Source: Lama glama (lineage: Eukaryota). From it: a stretch of DNA of 64,000 nt. A program made the translations under genes and the position numbers. Location: NCBI GenBank assembly GCA_028534125.1, contig CM052816.1:57228001-57292000 (forward strand), read 5' to 3'. Position 1 is the stretch's first letter. Each line of letters starts with the position of its first letter. Positions 37,801 through 52,800 of this stretch are shown here, piece by piece. Below the pieces are notes generated by a model. The model was not told the origin of the DNA. It saw nothing but the letters and a program-made list of their open reading frames with translations, and did not search any database.

Positions 37801-40800
37801 ATGGGTACTAGATACAAAGCAGTGAACAGAAAAACATTATAGTTTCTGTCCCCAGTTATCTGAGGAACAAGAAAAACAAAAGACAAAAACAAACCAAAAA
37901 GACTCCATAAGAAGCATTCACACATTAAAATTATTCAACTCTACATTGCATGAATATAAATGTACAGATATGTACTTTAATAAAAATCAGATTATACTGC
38001 CCAAAGTGCTTTATAATTAGTAAACCCCACACCCCCCAAATCAACTATTTTTAAAATATAGCTCCAGAGAATGGCCTTTTGATGTCTCATTATGTACAGT
38101 AGGTTGGAAAAATATAGCAAGGTATACAAATGTGGCTGCAGATGTATACAGATGGAGGTAGTGCAGTACATGAGGCCAAATATTAAATTCAACAGCTGAT
38201 CTGACTTAAAAGTTTGTAAAAATTTTAACTACTGTTGGGGCTGTTTTTCCTGTGGCAGCATGGCCTCATGGCCGGTATCATGTGGTTGCACTTTATGATT
38301 CATAATTACAAAGTGCATTTCATAATTTTTTAGGAAAAAACAAAAACAGCTCTTCTCTCAAGTGGCTTTCTCTTAACTTTCAAATGGCGCTGTCCAGTAC
38401 AGTACCACTAATACTTGATGTGTGGCTAGTTCAAACTTGAGCTGTATAAAATACACAGTGGATTTTGAAGACTTTGCATATACACAAAAAGAATACAAAC
38501 TCCCAATTTTTATATTGATGATATGTTAAAATATGTTTAATATACTGAGTAAAATTATTTTTACTGTTTCTACTTTTTTTAATGTGGATACTAGAAAATT
38601 TTAAAGTATATGCTGCTTATATTTCTATTAGACAGCACTACTTTAAAATACTACTTCTTAAACATTAACATGCATCAGAGTCACTCTGAGAGCTTGTTAA
38701 AACACAAATGCTGGGCCACTCTCCAGAATTTGATTTGTCTGAGGTAGGGCAAAGAAACTGCATTTCTGCCAAGTTCTCAGGTGATGCTAATGCTGCTGGT
38801 CTGGGGAACACACTTTGAGAACCACTGCTCTAGAATAATAAGGATTTCTCTGTAGAGGGGTAGGGAGAGTATGGTTATAGACCCTTTGCGCATGGAGTGA
38901 AAGGTATGAGCCTTCTCTCCAGAAAATACACATACAAGCATGCAAGGAAGAGTACTCCAATACAGCTGGAGAGAATTCGAATCAGCACTACCTTTTTGGT
39001 GGGCACTGCAACAGTAATCATCAAGAGTCTTAAAAATGTGTATACCATTTAGTTCATGAATTTTACTTTTAAAACTATTACTAAGGAAATAGTGTCTGCA
39101 AAGAAACAAAAATATTCATTAAGGCATTTTTTATAATGAAGTCCTGGAAATAAACTAAATGTCAAATAATCAGATTTCTAAAAACTTTCAAAAATTTAAT
39201 GCTGATAACAGGGTAGAAGATAGAGCATTTATGCTCTGCAGCCACTTCAAATGATGTTCCCTGAAGCCCTCAGAGGGTGGTTTCTAGAAGGCTCTCAAGG
39301 CTTGGGTAGGGAGTAAAGTATGATGTGAAAAAATTATAAAAGTCCCATTTTTACTTAATTAATAGACTTACAACTTGAGACTATTTGACAAAGGATTCTA
39401 CCACTTTAAAGAAGTCTGAAAATTATGGAATACTTTATGATATAGAAAAACATTCCCCAAATATTTTCAAGTGAAGATTAAAAAATACGTAAGGTATGAC
39501 CTTTTATTTAAAAATATATACCATTCATGGTAACTAACTTTTATGAGCATTGTACTTGACAATGCTTTAAGTGTTTTACATATATTCACTCATTTAAGTC
39601 TCAAAACAGCCTATTATCATACTCATTTACCCATAAGGAAATTGAGACTCTAAACTTGTCTAATGGTGCTCGGGTAATTAGTGTCTAACAAGCCTGTGCT
39701 TTTAATATCTACATTTTACCACCTCTGGATAAATACTTACACATTAAAAAAAATAATGAAAGGATATGTATAAAAATATTAACATGGTCATTATTGGATG
39801 GTGAAATATATAGAAGGAATTTTTGTTTTCTGTTTTCTCTATTTTCAAAATTTTACAACATAATCACACACTGATTTTGTAATCAGGAAAAAACACATTA
39901 AGATGTAGTAATTTTTAATGCTGTAACCAGAAACTGACATACTGTAATTGGCTATACTTCAAAAAAAATGTAATTTTCATATCACTTAAATAATAACCAT
40001 CTCCTTGGGAGCTTGTACTGAGTTGTCATTTTCCTTCCACTAAGTCAGCTTGGATAGAAGATCAAAGAAAGATGTCACTGTTTCAACACTTGGTGCTCTT
40101 AGCTTTCTTATTTATTTATGAAACATTTCCTATCCTGAACCATGTGACAAGCATGATGTAAAGTATTAACACATTAGCAAAGTATTAAGCATATAAAATT
40201 GGCTAAGGCTCTAGTGAGGGGAGCACACACACACAAAAGTAGTCCTCCCTTGGTATCCACAGAGTATTTGCATATAACCTTTAGGAAGCACATTCTCCAG
40301 AGTACTTTAAATCATCTCTAAATTACTTATAATACCTAAGACAATGTAAATTCTATGTAAATAGTTGTACATGCAATGTAAATGCTATGTAAATAGTTGC
40401 TGTTGTGTGGCAAATTTGTTTTGCTTTTTGGAAATTTCTGGAGTTCCCCCCCCAAATTATTTGAATCCATGGATGCAGAACTCACACAGAGGTCGACTGT
40501 GGGTCAACTGTATATACAAGGTGATCTATGCACTAAAAGAAGCATAAGCAAAGTGTATGGGTGTAAGGAAGAGAATGACTAAATCCAACAGGAGAGGAGT
40601 AATAATCAAAGAAGGCTTTACCTAGGTTGTGATATCTAGCAGGGTCTTAAAGAGAGCAGTTTCCTACATAAAAACTGAGGGGCATGTCAGATAGAAGGAG
40701 CACAATAAGAAGACATGGATGCATAAAACAGCATGTGTTTATGGAAAAGTGGAAAGTTTTGAGTGGCTGGAACCTAGGCTGCAAAGAGGAGAAAGCTGGA

Positions 40801-43800
40801 CAGTTTGGTAATGCAGATTGTTGAGGTAACTTTATCAAGAGCCTTGTACATTCACTTAAAACGTTCAACCACATGGATTATGGAGTACCACTGGAGATGT
40901 ATATCGGGAAAAAGATTAGTCCTGACATTTAGAAATTTAATTCTGGCAATTAAACTGGCAAGTAAAAGATGAAGCAAAGCAGAATAGACTGAAGGAGAGA
41001 AGACTGGCTTGAGAGAGTCTGACTCTGAGTAGAACTAATGTATTTTCATTATCTGACAACTTTTGAAAACCAATGCCTTTTTTTTTTTAAAGCAATATGC
41101 ACTTTTACAAGCCAGTTAAGTGATGTGAACTGCAGATTCCTTATGTATAAAATAAAGATGGACTAGATGCCTACCAGGACTCCCCTGGCAGTGTACTTCT
41201 AAGGCCTAAAAACGGGCTACCTGCGTACTTGACTTCAATATTGGAATTTAAGTAGAATTATATGAAAATTGCTATTTAATTATGAAACAATGGGTACTGA
41301 ATTGTATTTTTTTATCTTTTATCAACTTTCTCAGGAGAGCTCTTTCTTCCTGAACAATGGTTTTGCTCCACAGGTATGAACACTAAGATAATATAGGGAA
41401 GTAAAGAAAGTATTAGCTGGGATAACTTTTCTGTAGTTTGAGAAGCATATAGAAAAATATCATTTGTACATTTGCATTTTAAATCAAAAGTTATAATTAA
41501 AAAAAAAAAACAACACCTGAGTACATACTATTTCATTAATCCCACTGAGTTTGCCTGAAGTAAGCTTTGGTCTGGAAGCAGGCCTTGGAGGTGGGACAAT
41601 GGTGCCTATAGAAAGAGGAGTTGTGGGCCTGGCTGGTGGGTGGAAAAAGAGAATTTGAAGAAAATCATTAGTATGCAGCAATCCTTACATAAAAACATTC
41701 TATTATAGAATGACTAGGTTTCAAAGCTCATTTTTTTCAGGGTTTTTTTTTTTTTAATATAACTATAGCTATTTATTGAAATGCTGTGACTCTATCAAAT
41801 ACACTTTTTTCAAAGCTACCAATAATATTCCTGAAAAAAATCATTAAATTCTCAGTTAAACTGACATACTATAAATTATATTCCTGTTTCAATTATTTAT
41901 GCACATAAAAATTAAATCTAATAAATTAGCTGGTGAAAATTAACCAGTTTAGGGTCTAAGATCTTTAGTTTATTGCCAATACTCCTAACTTTATAGTTAT
42001 GCAAGACCAAGCCTGTGACGCAACATCTTCAGAGTAATAACATGAACTCTAAATAAAACATTACCTTAATTAAATTTGAAATCTCACTTTTAAGTTGAAT
42101 CACACTGTACCATTTTTTGGTGACAATCAAAAATACCTCATTAGTTTACCAAAAAAAATTTCCCCAAACCACTAAAATTAATTTTTGGTAAATACAGAAA
42201 ATCATACCTTAAGTCTTCCTAAATCCTATATAAATTTAGTGTTCAATATTTTAACACCATTTTCAAACTTTACAATTTTATAAATCAGAAATACTAAATA
42301 ACCTCAGTATTCCTAATTAAAAATAACTCAGCATGGTAGAAACTAATGAAATTCAAGTATACATCAAAAGTCACACATGTATTAGCATAATCAAAGCAAG
42401 TGTGAAGAACAGAAGCAAATACATTTAAACCAGCTTTAATTACTTAAAATGATCTTCAAATCCTTTTGGACCATTCTAAAAGATGGGGCTATAATTCAGA
42501 TTGAAGACTATAATACGGATGGGAAGAAATGTATTTCAATAAGCTCTGTAAGTTTACAGATGTGCAAAGTTAAAAATATATGAATAGGCCTAAGCATATA
42601 CATGATGAAGCAAACAGGAAAGCTGAGGACAGTAAGCTTGGGCAGCAGTGGAGGCATGAAAGGAAAGGGCATGGAGGTGACAGAAGACATAAAAAAAAAA
42701 AGTTAGTCACACACAGAAGTGAAGGTAAATGTATGGGGGTATGGAATCATTTAGAAAGTAGATCATATGAAGAGAGAAAGGATGCAAGCACAGTTGAGAC
42801 TGCTTGAAGAAAACATCAAAAAGCTGATAAGAAATCAAGCTTAGATCCTTCTTCCAGTCAGCACCAGTTCTTTCATGCTGCACCCCTGCTTTAAGCTGTA
42901 CATTGAAAGAAATGTGCACTAGCCTGAGGACCATAACACTTCTCTGAGCCATGACATATTTACTTTGAAGATATGTTCACTATCAATGAAACCAGCACTG
43001 ACCAATACTCAAGTTATTTCAAGCTTGTGATAGAGCTTAACATAGTAGAGACATTCACTCCTGAAGCTTCATTAATGATCATGTGACCTGTCCAAATGGC
43101 ATTTAGATTGACTCATATCAAGCCCGGTTGAAGTTCAGCTCCTTCAAATAATCAGAATTTGCTTTTTGAAAAAAGTTAATACAATATCTATTAACATCAC
43201 TGTTTACAAATGAATCTATTAATTGTAAGTTAATAATAAATTTATAAATTATAAATCTATCTCTGTATGGCAATTAGGTACTGCTTTTAGGAGCCTCTGA
43301 AAGAGATTACTACAATTGATTACAGGCTTAAGTATCTTAATTGTGTTTTGTGGTGGTGGTGCTGGTGGTGGAGCTCACTTCTAAAAAATGTCTATTAGAT
43401 ACAGTATTTCAAGAAATAGGAAGTGACTTGTAAAGTATAAAAACATAGGCAATAAGAGCTAATCTACATCTGCCTTCTGACATTACCTAAGGGGAAGGGA
43501 CAAAGCATGTTTCCTGTAGCATTCTTCGCCTGAACAAAGGTACAGACTAATCTAGAATCCAGAAGTAATGATAATGCAGAAGAAAAATTAGCAGCATTGT
43601 TAGCTGCTTCTGTTAGTAGTTTTTCAGGATATGTAATAGTATGGCAAAGGCCACTCTGATCCTCAGAGATGCAGCTGTTAGAAGATCTGTCATCCAAAGC
43701 ATCAAGGAACCCAAAGGTATTTTCAACTTTATAGTGCATCTCTGGAAAGCCTTATAAGTGCCACTGGAGTCAGTAATTTTAACAAGTTCATCAGTAAAGG

Positions 43801-46800
43801 AAATCCACTGACTACAACCATGAAGCAAAAGGAAATTTATGCTGGCTGGTGGTGGTGTTACAGCAGGATAACATAGAGGGTTGATGGAACAGTCTGGTAA
43901 TGGGTTTTCTAGACCTAAAATCTGACCTGGTTTCAAGTAAAGATTCAATTGTTACACACCCAGACAAGTCAGTTTGGGAGAGAAAAGTAAAGCTGTATTC
44001 TGTTCATTAAGGTCAACAGAAGAAGAGGAAAGCAATTGAAAACAAGAAGTAACAGAAAAATTCTAGAAATAAAATATAAATCTATATAGCCAAGTAATTC
44101 TTATTTCAGGTTAATGTTACTTTAATTACTCAAAGCTAGAAAAATTTAATACATGGAAAAGAGCTTGAAACCCAACTTTATATTAACCAAGGAAGATAAA
44201 TAGGAGAAATAAGAAACTTAAAATATAGATGAGTAATATTTGAGGTCCAAAAATATATAAAGGCAGAATTATTCCTGTTTCCCAGAGGAGCAAAAGGTAA
44301 TGTTAACAGTAAAAGTCTAAAAAGATATGACAAGGTATCACAGTGATAGTGCTTTATACATGTGTTACTCGACAAAGTGCCTGTCTGGCTAGTAATAAAA
44401 CTTGAAACTGTTAGGAAGTAAGAGGAATTAATCAGTTTTGGATTTAATATATAAAACTTAGCCTAATATTTTTCAAAAGATAATTCTGTGGGGTTTTTAC
44501 AGAACTCAGGTGCTCAGTTAATCCACGGGTAGAGGAGAGATGGTCCATACTAGCACTTTATCAAAAAGGAAGTAGATGTGACCTATTTACATTAAATTAC
44601 ACATAAATATTTTATTATATATAAATTTATTTATATGTAAATGATACGTAATGTTTATTTATGTATCTACATGGTGGAAGAAGCAACTGAAACTACTTCT
44701 ATACCAAGCTCTAAGTATGCTTTTTAAACATACAACAACATTTATCAGTTATTAACTAGAATTATTTTCTTCGAGACTGCTTTAGCTGAGATGGTGTCAC
44801 TAATGAATTAAGATTCTTAAAGAGACAGAAGAGAGTAGGGAATAATCTGACAAACCACACCTTGCGAAAATGTGAAAATGGGTACCTGTGTAGATAATGT
44901 TAAGATGGGAGAGATGCACTGCAAAGAGGTGAAAGAAAATTTAAGACAAAATACCTATTTCACAATTTCACTTAGAACCAGTCTTATAAAACATCATAAT
45001 GTATTCATAAGTTTTTATCAATAATTATATTCTGCTCAAGTGAAGACATAATCATAATTACTACATAGCAGAATGTCTTTTCAACATCACTAACATTCTT
45101 TGAAGGGAAAAATAATTTGACATTATTTTTCAGAATAAATAGGAAGGTTTTAAAAGGCATACCAAAATAAATTTTAAAACACACAAAAGGTTAATTTTTT
45201 ATCATTTCCTACCTACTAAACATCAAATGACAGCTGAATGAAAATGTATTATTTTCTACCTGAGGTTGAAAGTGATATGGGCAAAACATTCTTTAGACAG
45301 GGAGCAAGAAGAGGGCATGTTTTTGAGAAGAATGAGGCTGTGCTGAAGGAAACAGCAAAAAACAAAGGGTGTTATGAAGAAATTTCTATATAACTAAATA
45401 CTATGTAATAACAAAGTGAAAACTTTTATTAAAGATTTAAAAAATAAGTCATAAAAGAATATTAACAAAATTAAAAAACATTGCTTAGGACTCCTTTCAA
45501 TCTAAAAACAAAAACACTATTCTGACATTTTCACTAAACAAAAAAGAGATGTTATTACAACTTCAGTTTTTCTTGTACAATTGTTTTACTTACAAAATCT
45601 ATTAGTAAGATTAGTTTCCTAAAACAAAATAGTAACAAAGCCCCATTGAGAGAGGCTATAATGCCACTTTAGAATATGTTCAATTATCTAGTGACTGTTT
45701 CTTGCTGTTTTACAAGTTTAGGTGCACATCACCTAATACTTTCTCTTCAAAATTCCTAATTGTTTCAGGTTAAGGTTGCCTAAAATCCATTTATAATTTC
45801 TTTTTAAAACATTTAGTTTCTAAACAGTCCAATTTTAAATATTAGTATTTATGTTATTATTTTGTTAATCTGCCAGTGTGTGATAAATAGAACAAAGACT
45901 TTAGAATCAGTAAGACTCAGGTTTGAGTCCATGCTTCATTTCCTAGTTATATAAAGTTCCTGGTCATCTCTGAGCTTTATTTTTTTTCATCTATATAATA
46001 GAGAGACAATAAGAAGGATTCCATATAGCAGTTAATGAGGTGAAATCAAATAGAATGTGCAGATTTCAGGAGAGACGTAGCAGGAACTCCATCAATTCAA
46101 GTTCTCTTCCCACCACTCCAGCACTCCCTTAACCCCAACTGGCATTTCTGAAATCCCAGGGAAGGCTGAAGATCAACTTAAACTGATTTTATTTTCTCAT
46201 TTTAAATAAGCAGTTTTATTAAACATGTTTTGATTCTTGACAAATGGGATTCTAATATTTTGAAGAAAAGAGAAATTTAATATATTCTTGCCAAAAACAA
46301 CAACTAAAATTCATTCACCAAGTTCTTTCATGCATTTCTTGGGAAGTGCTAAAACCTTTCTGGAAGGCAGTTTGGCAATAAGCATCAATGGGCCTACTTT
46401 ATGATTCATAAATCTTGCATTGGTAAATTATTATAAGGATATGAGATGTGCACAAAATTTATTATATCCACAGATGTTTATAATACTAGAAAATCAGATG
46501 CAACTTGAGTGTCCATCAAGATAGGACTGATTAGATTAATGTATACATGCAGTTGAATAATATTAAGAATTATTATTTGGGCACTGATATATAAATGATA
46601 CCTAGAAATAAATATATAATATATAAATGAAAAAAAGTTGGTGTTTGATAAATTTTCATTCTTAAAGCCATGGTGTCTTTAAGGTCTGTTAACAAAAACA
46701 GTATAAAATCACTCTGATCTCGCAATATGATAGAGGACAAGTTAAAAAATTTTTGATCATTAAGTACAACATACAAGTAATGAATAAATGAATTAGAAAA

Positions 46801-49800
46801 AAGTAACTACTGCATTCCTTTACAGTTAAAAAAATACATATATATATATATTTACCTGATGATGACGAAGTTAGTGAAGCTGAAGAAGATGAATCAAGAG
46901 ATGGTCCAAACAGGGGGTCCCAAGCAAGTAAATCACTGTTCCCTTTACTGCCATAACATTTTAAAAGTAGATTTTAAGCAAAGGAGTATTTTATTAGTAC
47001 AAAATCTAGTCACTTGTTTTTATTTCATAGAAAAATTGTAACAGCTCAGTATATATGATTAAAGAGTTAGATATTCTGCCAGTTGACTATTTGAAGAAAT
47101 TTAATTAGCAGATTTCATAAACTGGTATTTATTAACTGCTATAAGCAAACCTACAATAACATTATGTGAGGTCGGTAAGGGAGGGTAGAGATTAATCCCC
47201 ACTGATTAAATCTTGTTATATTCTAACAATCTTAGGGGGCCTCAGAATGGAAATAATTTCAGCTTTACAAATGAAAAGCAGCACAGAGTCTAAATGACCT
47301 GCCTATCTATGGTAGCATAGCTAATTAATTCTACAGTAGTGTCAGGTCTGCCCATTCACATCTAGCATCCAGTCTTGGACAGAAAATTTCTTAAGTGATA
47401 GAAAATCAGGTAGAAATTTTAAAAGGCCATACTTACTTTCAAAGATGAAGAAAAAGGGTAAAAGATTTTTTTAAAGTACTTTTTAAGTACAGAATGGTGG
47501 CTTAAGCCCCATCTATATAAACTTCAAAGGTCTGATCACTAGAGTAGATCGTGCATAGGTGGGGTTTTTCCCTAGGCAATCCACTACCTGGGCCACTAAG
47601 TCGGTCTAGCAAAATGTCTGGGTCATATATGCCTTTTTATGAGGTTACCAAAACCATGGACAAAATTAAGAGTATCAGCAGTCTAGTTTCAAAAACAACA
47701 TGTATAACCAAAGATTTTCTTCCACTGACTTCATGGAATCCACTGGACCCAGTTACTCTCAGGATTCAACTCCTGGCTCTTTAGTGTGTATTTAATAAAG
47801 ACTTTTATATAAATGTTTCTCTTTTTCATATTAGTCACAGCCCTTTTAAGATGCCTAATCTCTAGGATCTTGAGCATGTGATCTTTGCTACCACTTCTTT
47901 TTCTTAAATCCAGCTTTACTGAGATTTGACTGACAAATAAAAATTGTATATATTTACAGCATAAAAGAGAACATTAATCCTCATTTTAAAAAATTTAATG
48001 TATCAATCTGCCATTATTTAAAATATTTTTCAAAAATCTTAGAAAACAGGCCCACTATAATACAGTTATCTAAGAAACATGTATCTAGTATTTCAGCATG
48101 CACCGACATGGAAGCACAGTCATATGATAACACCTAGAATCACAACTGCATAAATGATTCTTAAAAACAAAGTCTTAAAACACTAAACTTCTCTTTAAAT
48201 ATGACAAATCAAATGAATACCACCACTCTGCTCAGTTAGTGCCTAGCTTCAAAAGTTTCAATTTTAAACTACCCCTCTAATTAAGTCTACTTTTACTCAT
48301 ACAAAAAAACATGAAAAGAAAGTAGTCTTATTGGTAAATACAGAAGTGAAAAAGGACCTATGCAACACTGGCTTTATACACACACACATTTTTTTTTTAA
48401 AGAAGAGCTTGCAACATGTCTTCTAGACCTCTCTTTTTTCAACTAAGTTGAGATACTTCTTCATTTTGAGGGTCATAAAGTATACAGTTTATTTTATAAG
48501 GTCACAAAAAAACTGAAGGAAAACAAAATTTCCATGAGAATAACTAATTAGTTGAAATACAGATGTGTATGAATTTGGGATATCATCATTTATTCAGAAG
48601 CAGTGAGGACATCAAGGCCAAAATAGGTGAATGGGTTTTTTGTTAATTATCATAAAAAGAAATATTATCAAATGAGAAATAATTTAAAACATCTAAAAAT
48701 TCCACATGATGTTTCACAGCTTAGGAAAAAGGATGATTAAAAACACTCTACTGGAATTAAAGCTGCAGAGATAATAAAACTCTCTAGAAAAAAAGGACAA
48801 AAGAAGAAAATTTTTCATGTTTAAATTTTAAAAATTAAATTGCAATGGGAAGGGACACAGGATTTTTAGGGCAGTGAAATTTTTCTGTATGATACTATAA
48901 TGATGGATACATGTCATTAACTATTTGTCAAAACTTATAGGTTATACAACACCAAGAGTGAACACTAATCTAAACCTTGGACTTAACGGTGATAATGATG
49001 TGTCAATGTAGGTTCATCAGTTTTGACAAATGTGCTATTCTGGTGGGTGATTCTACCAGTTCAGGAGGGGTTTGGTGTATGTGGAGGGAAAGTGTACATG
49101 CAAAAATCTCTATACCTTCCACTCAAACTAGCTGTGAACCTAAAATTGCTCTAAAAAATAGTCTATTAAAAAAATTTTTTTAATGTGGAACTTACTCATT
49201 GGATGCAGCAGATGGCTTCGATTTTGTTAACTCTTCACCTAATCAAAAAATTGAAATATTATGAAAAAAATAATCTGAGTAATAAAAATATTTTAATATA
49301 GAGAGAAATACTACACATATAGTAGTCCATGAACAATTTAAAAAATATGGCATTAATAACATATATATATATATAATTTAAACAATTACAAAGAAAAGGA
49401 ACATGTCTTTAATAAGTTTTCTACCATGCTTAAGAATATTTAGCTGAATTTCTGCTAAATTTTTATTTCTTCTAATAGCTTTAGTAAGAAATGACTTAAA
49501 TCAACTAAACCATCATATTCATTAAACTGCTGTGAAAAATATATGGGCTTCAATAAAATTAGAACGAATGTCTAAATTCTTACGTATTACTTAAGAATTT
49601 TAACTGAAGAATCATGAAGGCATTTTTCAAGTTCTAATGATATTATTAGTGATTATTATATTGGCCAAAAGTAGTTATTAACTCTTGAAACACATCCTAT
49701 TTTGAAAAATAAAATTTTTACAACAACTTAGTCTATTTTGCTACCTTTTGCATTTCTAATATGAATCAAAAGCAACCGGTACACAGGGCAACAGCATCAG

Positions 49801-52800
49801 TAATGCAATAGTCCTGTTGGTTCATAAGTAATTTTCCCTGCACCTTAATGTTTTGCAACAAACACCAAGCAATGGCTAATATATCAACATGGGTAACTGC
49901 AACAAACTATGAGGAATACCACAGTGTACACTGATACTCATTCAAACCACATTCCTTCATTTGATTCAGTTTGGTTGGTTATTTTGCCTCAAAGTGCTTA
50001 TTGTGTTGTTCTCCATCTTTCTGAGTTTTTCCCTCATCATCATAACTCAGTAGACTTCCTTTATACTCATTTTCTTCACATACCTTATCAAGCTACTTAC
50101 CACTTATTTTTAAAAGTAAAATCCTACTTTTAGCTTGATATTTGTTATGAGTTTAACGGGTCTTTGTAATTGTGCTAGAATTTTCACTGGGACTGATGTT
50201 ATAGTTCTGGGTCATGAGGAAGTTATGCCAGTTAAACAGTTTAATACGTGGCTACATTTTTCAGAAATCAGCAGAGCCAAAGAGTAGCTTCTAAATAAGC
50301 ATGTTAAAGTTTAAGGTATGTCTCAACACTAAAAAAAAATAATATAGATAAGTTGTCTTCTGTTGTAAAGTAAGTATCTTTCTAGTCTGTCATTAAGGCT
50401 CATGATGAGAAAAGACGATTTCTACAACTGTATATGTTAGGCTACAAGCTTAGCACATTGCCTGATAAACTTAAATAGACTTAAAATAACCAATTTAAAC
50501 ATCAGACTTACTAGATGAATTCCGATTCATCTGCACCTAAAACAGAAATATAAAAATAAGTGCCATTAAACAAATAATTTGGTAATAAAATATCTGGTAA
50601 AATGTCAATACTGAGAACTAATTTTAAGTTATTTTTAATGTATCTGCTCAATTGTAAACTGTATTTACATAAAAAGATTACAGAAAATACTTTCAGTAGT
50701 TTTTTGTCTTATAATTTAAAAAATACATATACCTTTAACATTCAACAAAAAGTTTCAAAATACTAATTATCTATATAGCAAGATACCATGGCTTGCTAAT
50801 TTAAAAACACAAATATTGTGCAAATCAATGTTCAAACATAATGATTTTTTTTAAAGTCAACAGGTAAAAACATAAAATCTTGCACTTACTGGACTGTGTC
50901 TCTAGCAGTAGTACATAGAAGGGAAAAGAAAAAATAGTGTTAAAAAATAAGAAAAAAGAAAAAGTGTTCATTCTATAATTTAAAATATCACATTTCCCTA
51001 GTCATCCATCTATTCCCTTCTGAAACATACCTAAAATCTATACACCTAAGAACACATACATACACTTTTGGAGGGAAAAGAACTTAAGCTAGATAAACTG
51101 GGCAATAAAATTGTGAGATCCTCTTTCAAACCCAATATTAAGTATTAAATTTTTTATTTATTACTCATCTTCTGAGTACAAAATTATGTTTACTGTTTTT
51201 TTAAAAATAGAGAAGAGCACAAACGATCAATTATCTCACTACCCAAGATGGATGTTTAACATTTTGATGTATATTTCCTCCAGGCTTTTATTTGCGTATG
51301 TATTTTAAACTAGTTATTATGCTCTTACACAAAAAATTTTTAATGGTTTCACAACTTCCTACTTCATATATATATATATATATACACACACCATAATTTA
51401 ATCTTGGCATTAATCTTAATAAGCTAAGTAGAAATGGTCGAATAAAACCTCACTTCAGAAATCTCTTTTGGTGGAAAAAATAGTTCTCAAATTAAATTCT
51501 TAAAGTGCATGACTAGGGAAAAAAACATTTTTTCCAAACAAATACATATAGACTACTTACAATATTTAATTACATAACAATACGAAATAGTGTGAACTTT
51601 TATTCTTCATTATCAAGAATGGTTTTAGGTGGGGGAGGGTATGGCTCAGTGGTAGAGCACATACTTAGCATACAGGAGGTCCTGGATTCAATCTCTAGAA
51701 CCTCCATTAAAAAAAATACTAAATGGGGGGGAGGGTATAGCTCAGTGGTAGAGTATGTGCTTAGCATGCACAAGGTCCTGGGTTCAATCCCCAGTACCTC
51801 CATTAAATAAATAAACCTAATTACCGCCCCCCCCAAAAAAGAAGAGTTTTAAAAACAATTACGATAAGTATGTACAGATAAACTAAATTGACATTCTAAG
51901 ATATACTTTTTCCCATAGTTTAACATTTCTGAATTTAAGAGTATGACATCAATAGAAAGATCTATTATGATGATTTTTTTCTCCCTCAAAGCTATTAAGA
52001 ATCTCAGAATTGAATAAGTAACCAGTAAGAATTCTTATCTGTACCTCTCTTTGTATGAAAACTATGGAAAAACAAACAATACAGTGAAAGACAAAAAAAA
52101 ATGCAAAGATATAATTTAATCTTTAAATTCTTTTTTATGGAACTCTCTTTTATAAAAAGTTCATCCAAAAAATGAATGAAAAACTTTTAAAATTAGATGA
52201 GGAAGAGATTAACACTGCCCATTCACAAAATTCTGCCTGGGACAACACTACTTATAGTACAAATGGCAGAAATAGTGGATTTTCTGAATTTTTGTTTAAA
52301 ATACATTCAAAAGGAAATAAAACTGAGCGAAATTCACAAATTCACTTGCCTGTATAAAAATTATAAATGATATACCTCAATAAAGCTGAAAAAATTATAA
52401 ATTAAATATTTCCTCATCCAACATGCTTAATTATTGCTAAGTGATGTTTTATTTTTTATTAGTTCTAAAACTAACCAGATGCAGGTAGATGACATTAAAC
52501 AAACTAAGGCTTCCGTATAAAAACTGTAAGTGACTTGCTCATTTTCTTACTTACAGATACCGCTGGGGAGAGAGTTATATTTCCTATAGATACTTTTAAT
52601 TCATCCAATGAAGCCATTGTGTGATGTGAGTTATTTGGATGCATAGGTTTGATTTCTATCCGGTATTTCTTTGGTTCTTCATCTTCAGAATCAGAATCAC
52701 TAGATGAGTAGAAATGGTTCTCTTTGGTATGTGAGTTATCAGTTAAAGAATTCAGTTTTTAAGTTACCTTAATGCACAACAAATTTTTCACATATTTATA

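Noticed and set aside
45303..45322. About 20-nt match to the NUMT D-loop near 11187-11206 (AGCAAGAAGAGGG(G)CATGTTT)
   Set aside because: Too short with no flanking extension; treated as chance
51631..51840. Functional tRNA-Ala genes
   Set aside because: Mismatched stems, SINE tail and flanking repeats indicate SINEs
52045..52061. 17-nt exon-like segment with a good acceptor
   Set aside because: Weak donor (GTACAG), not frame-preserving, no homology
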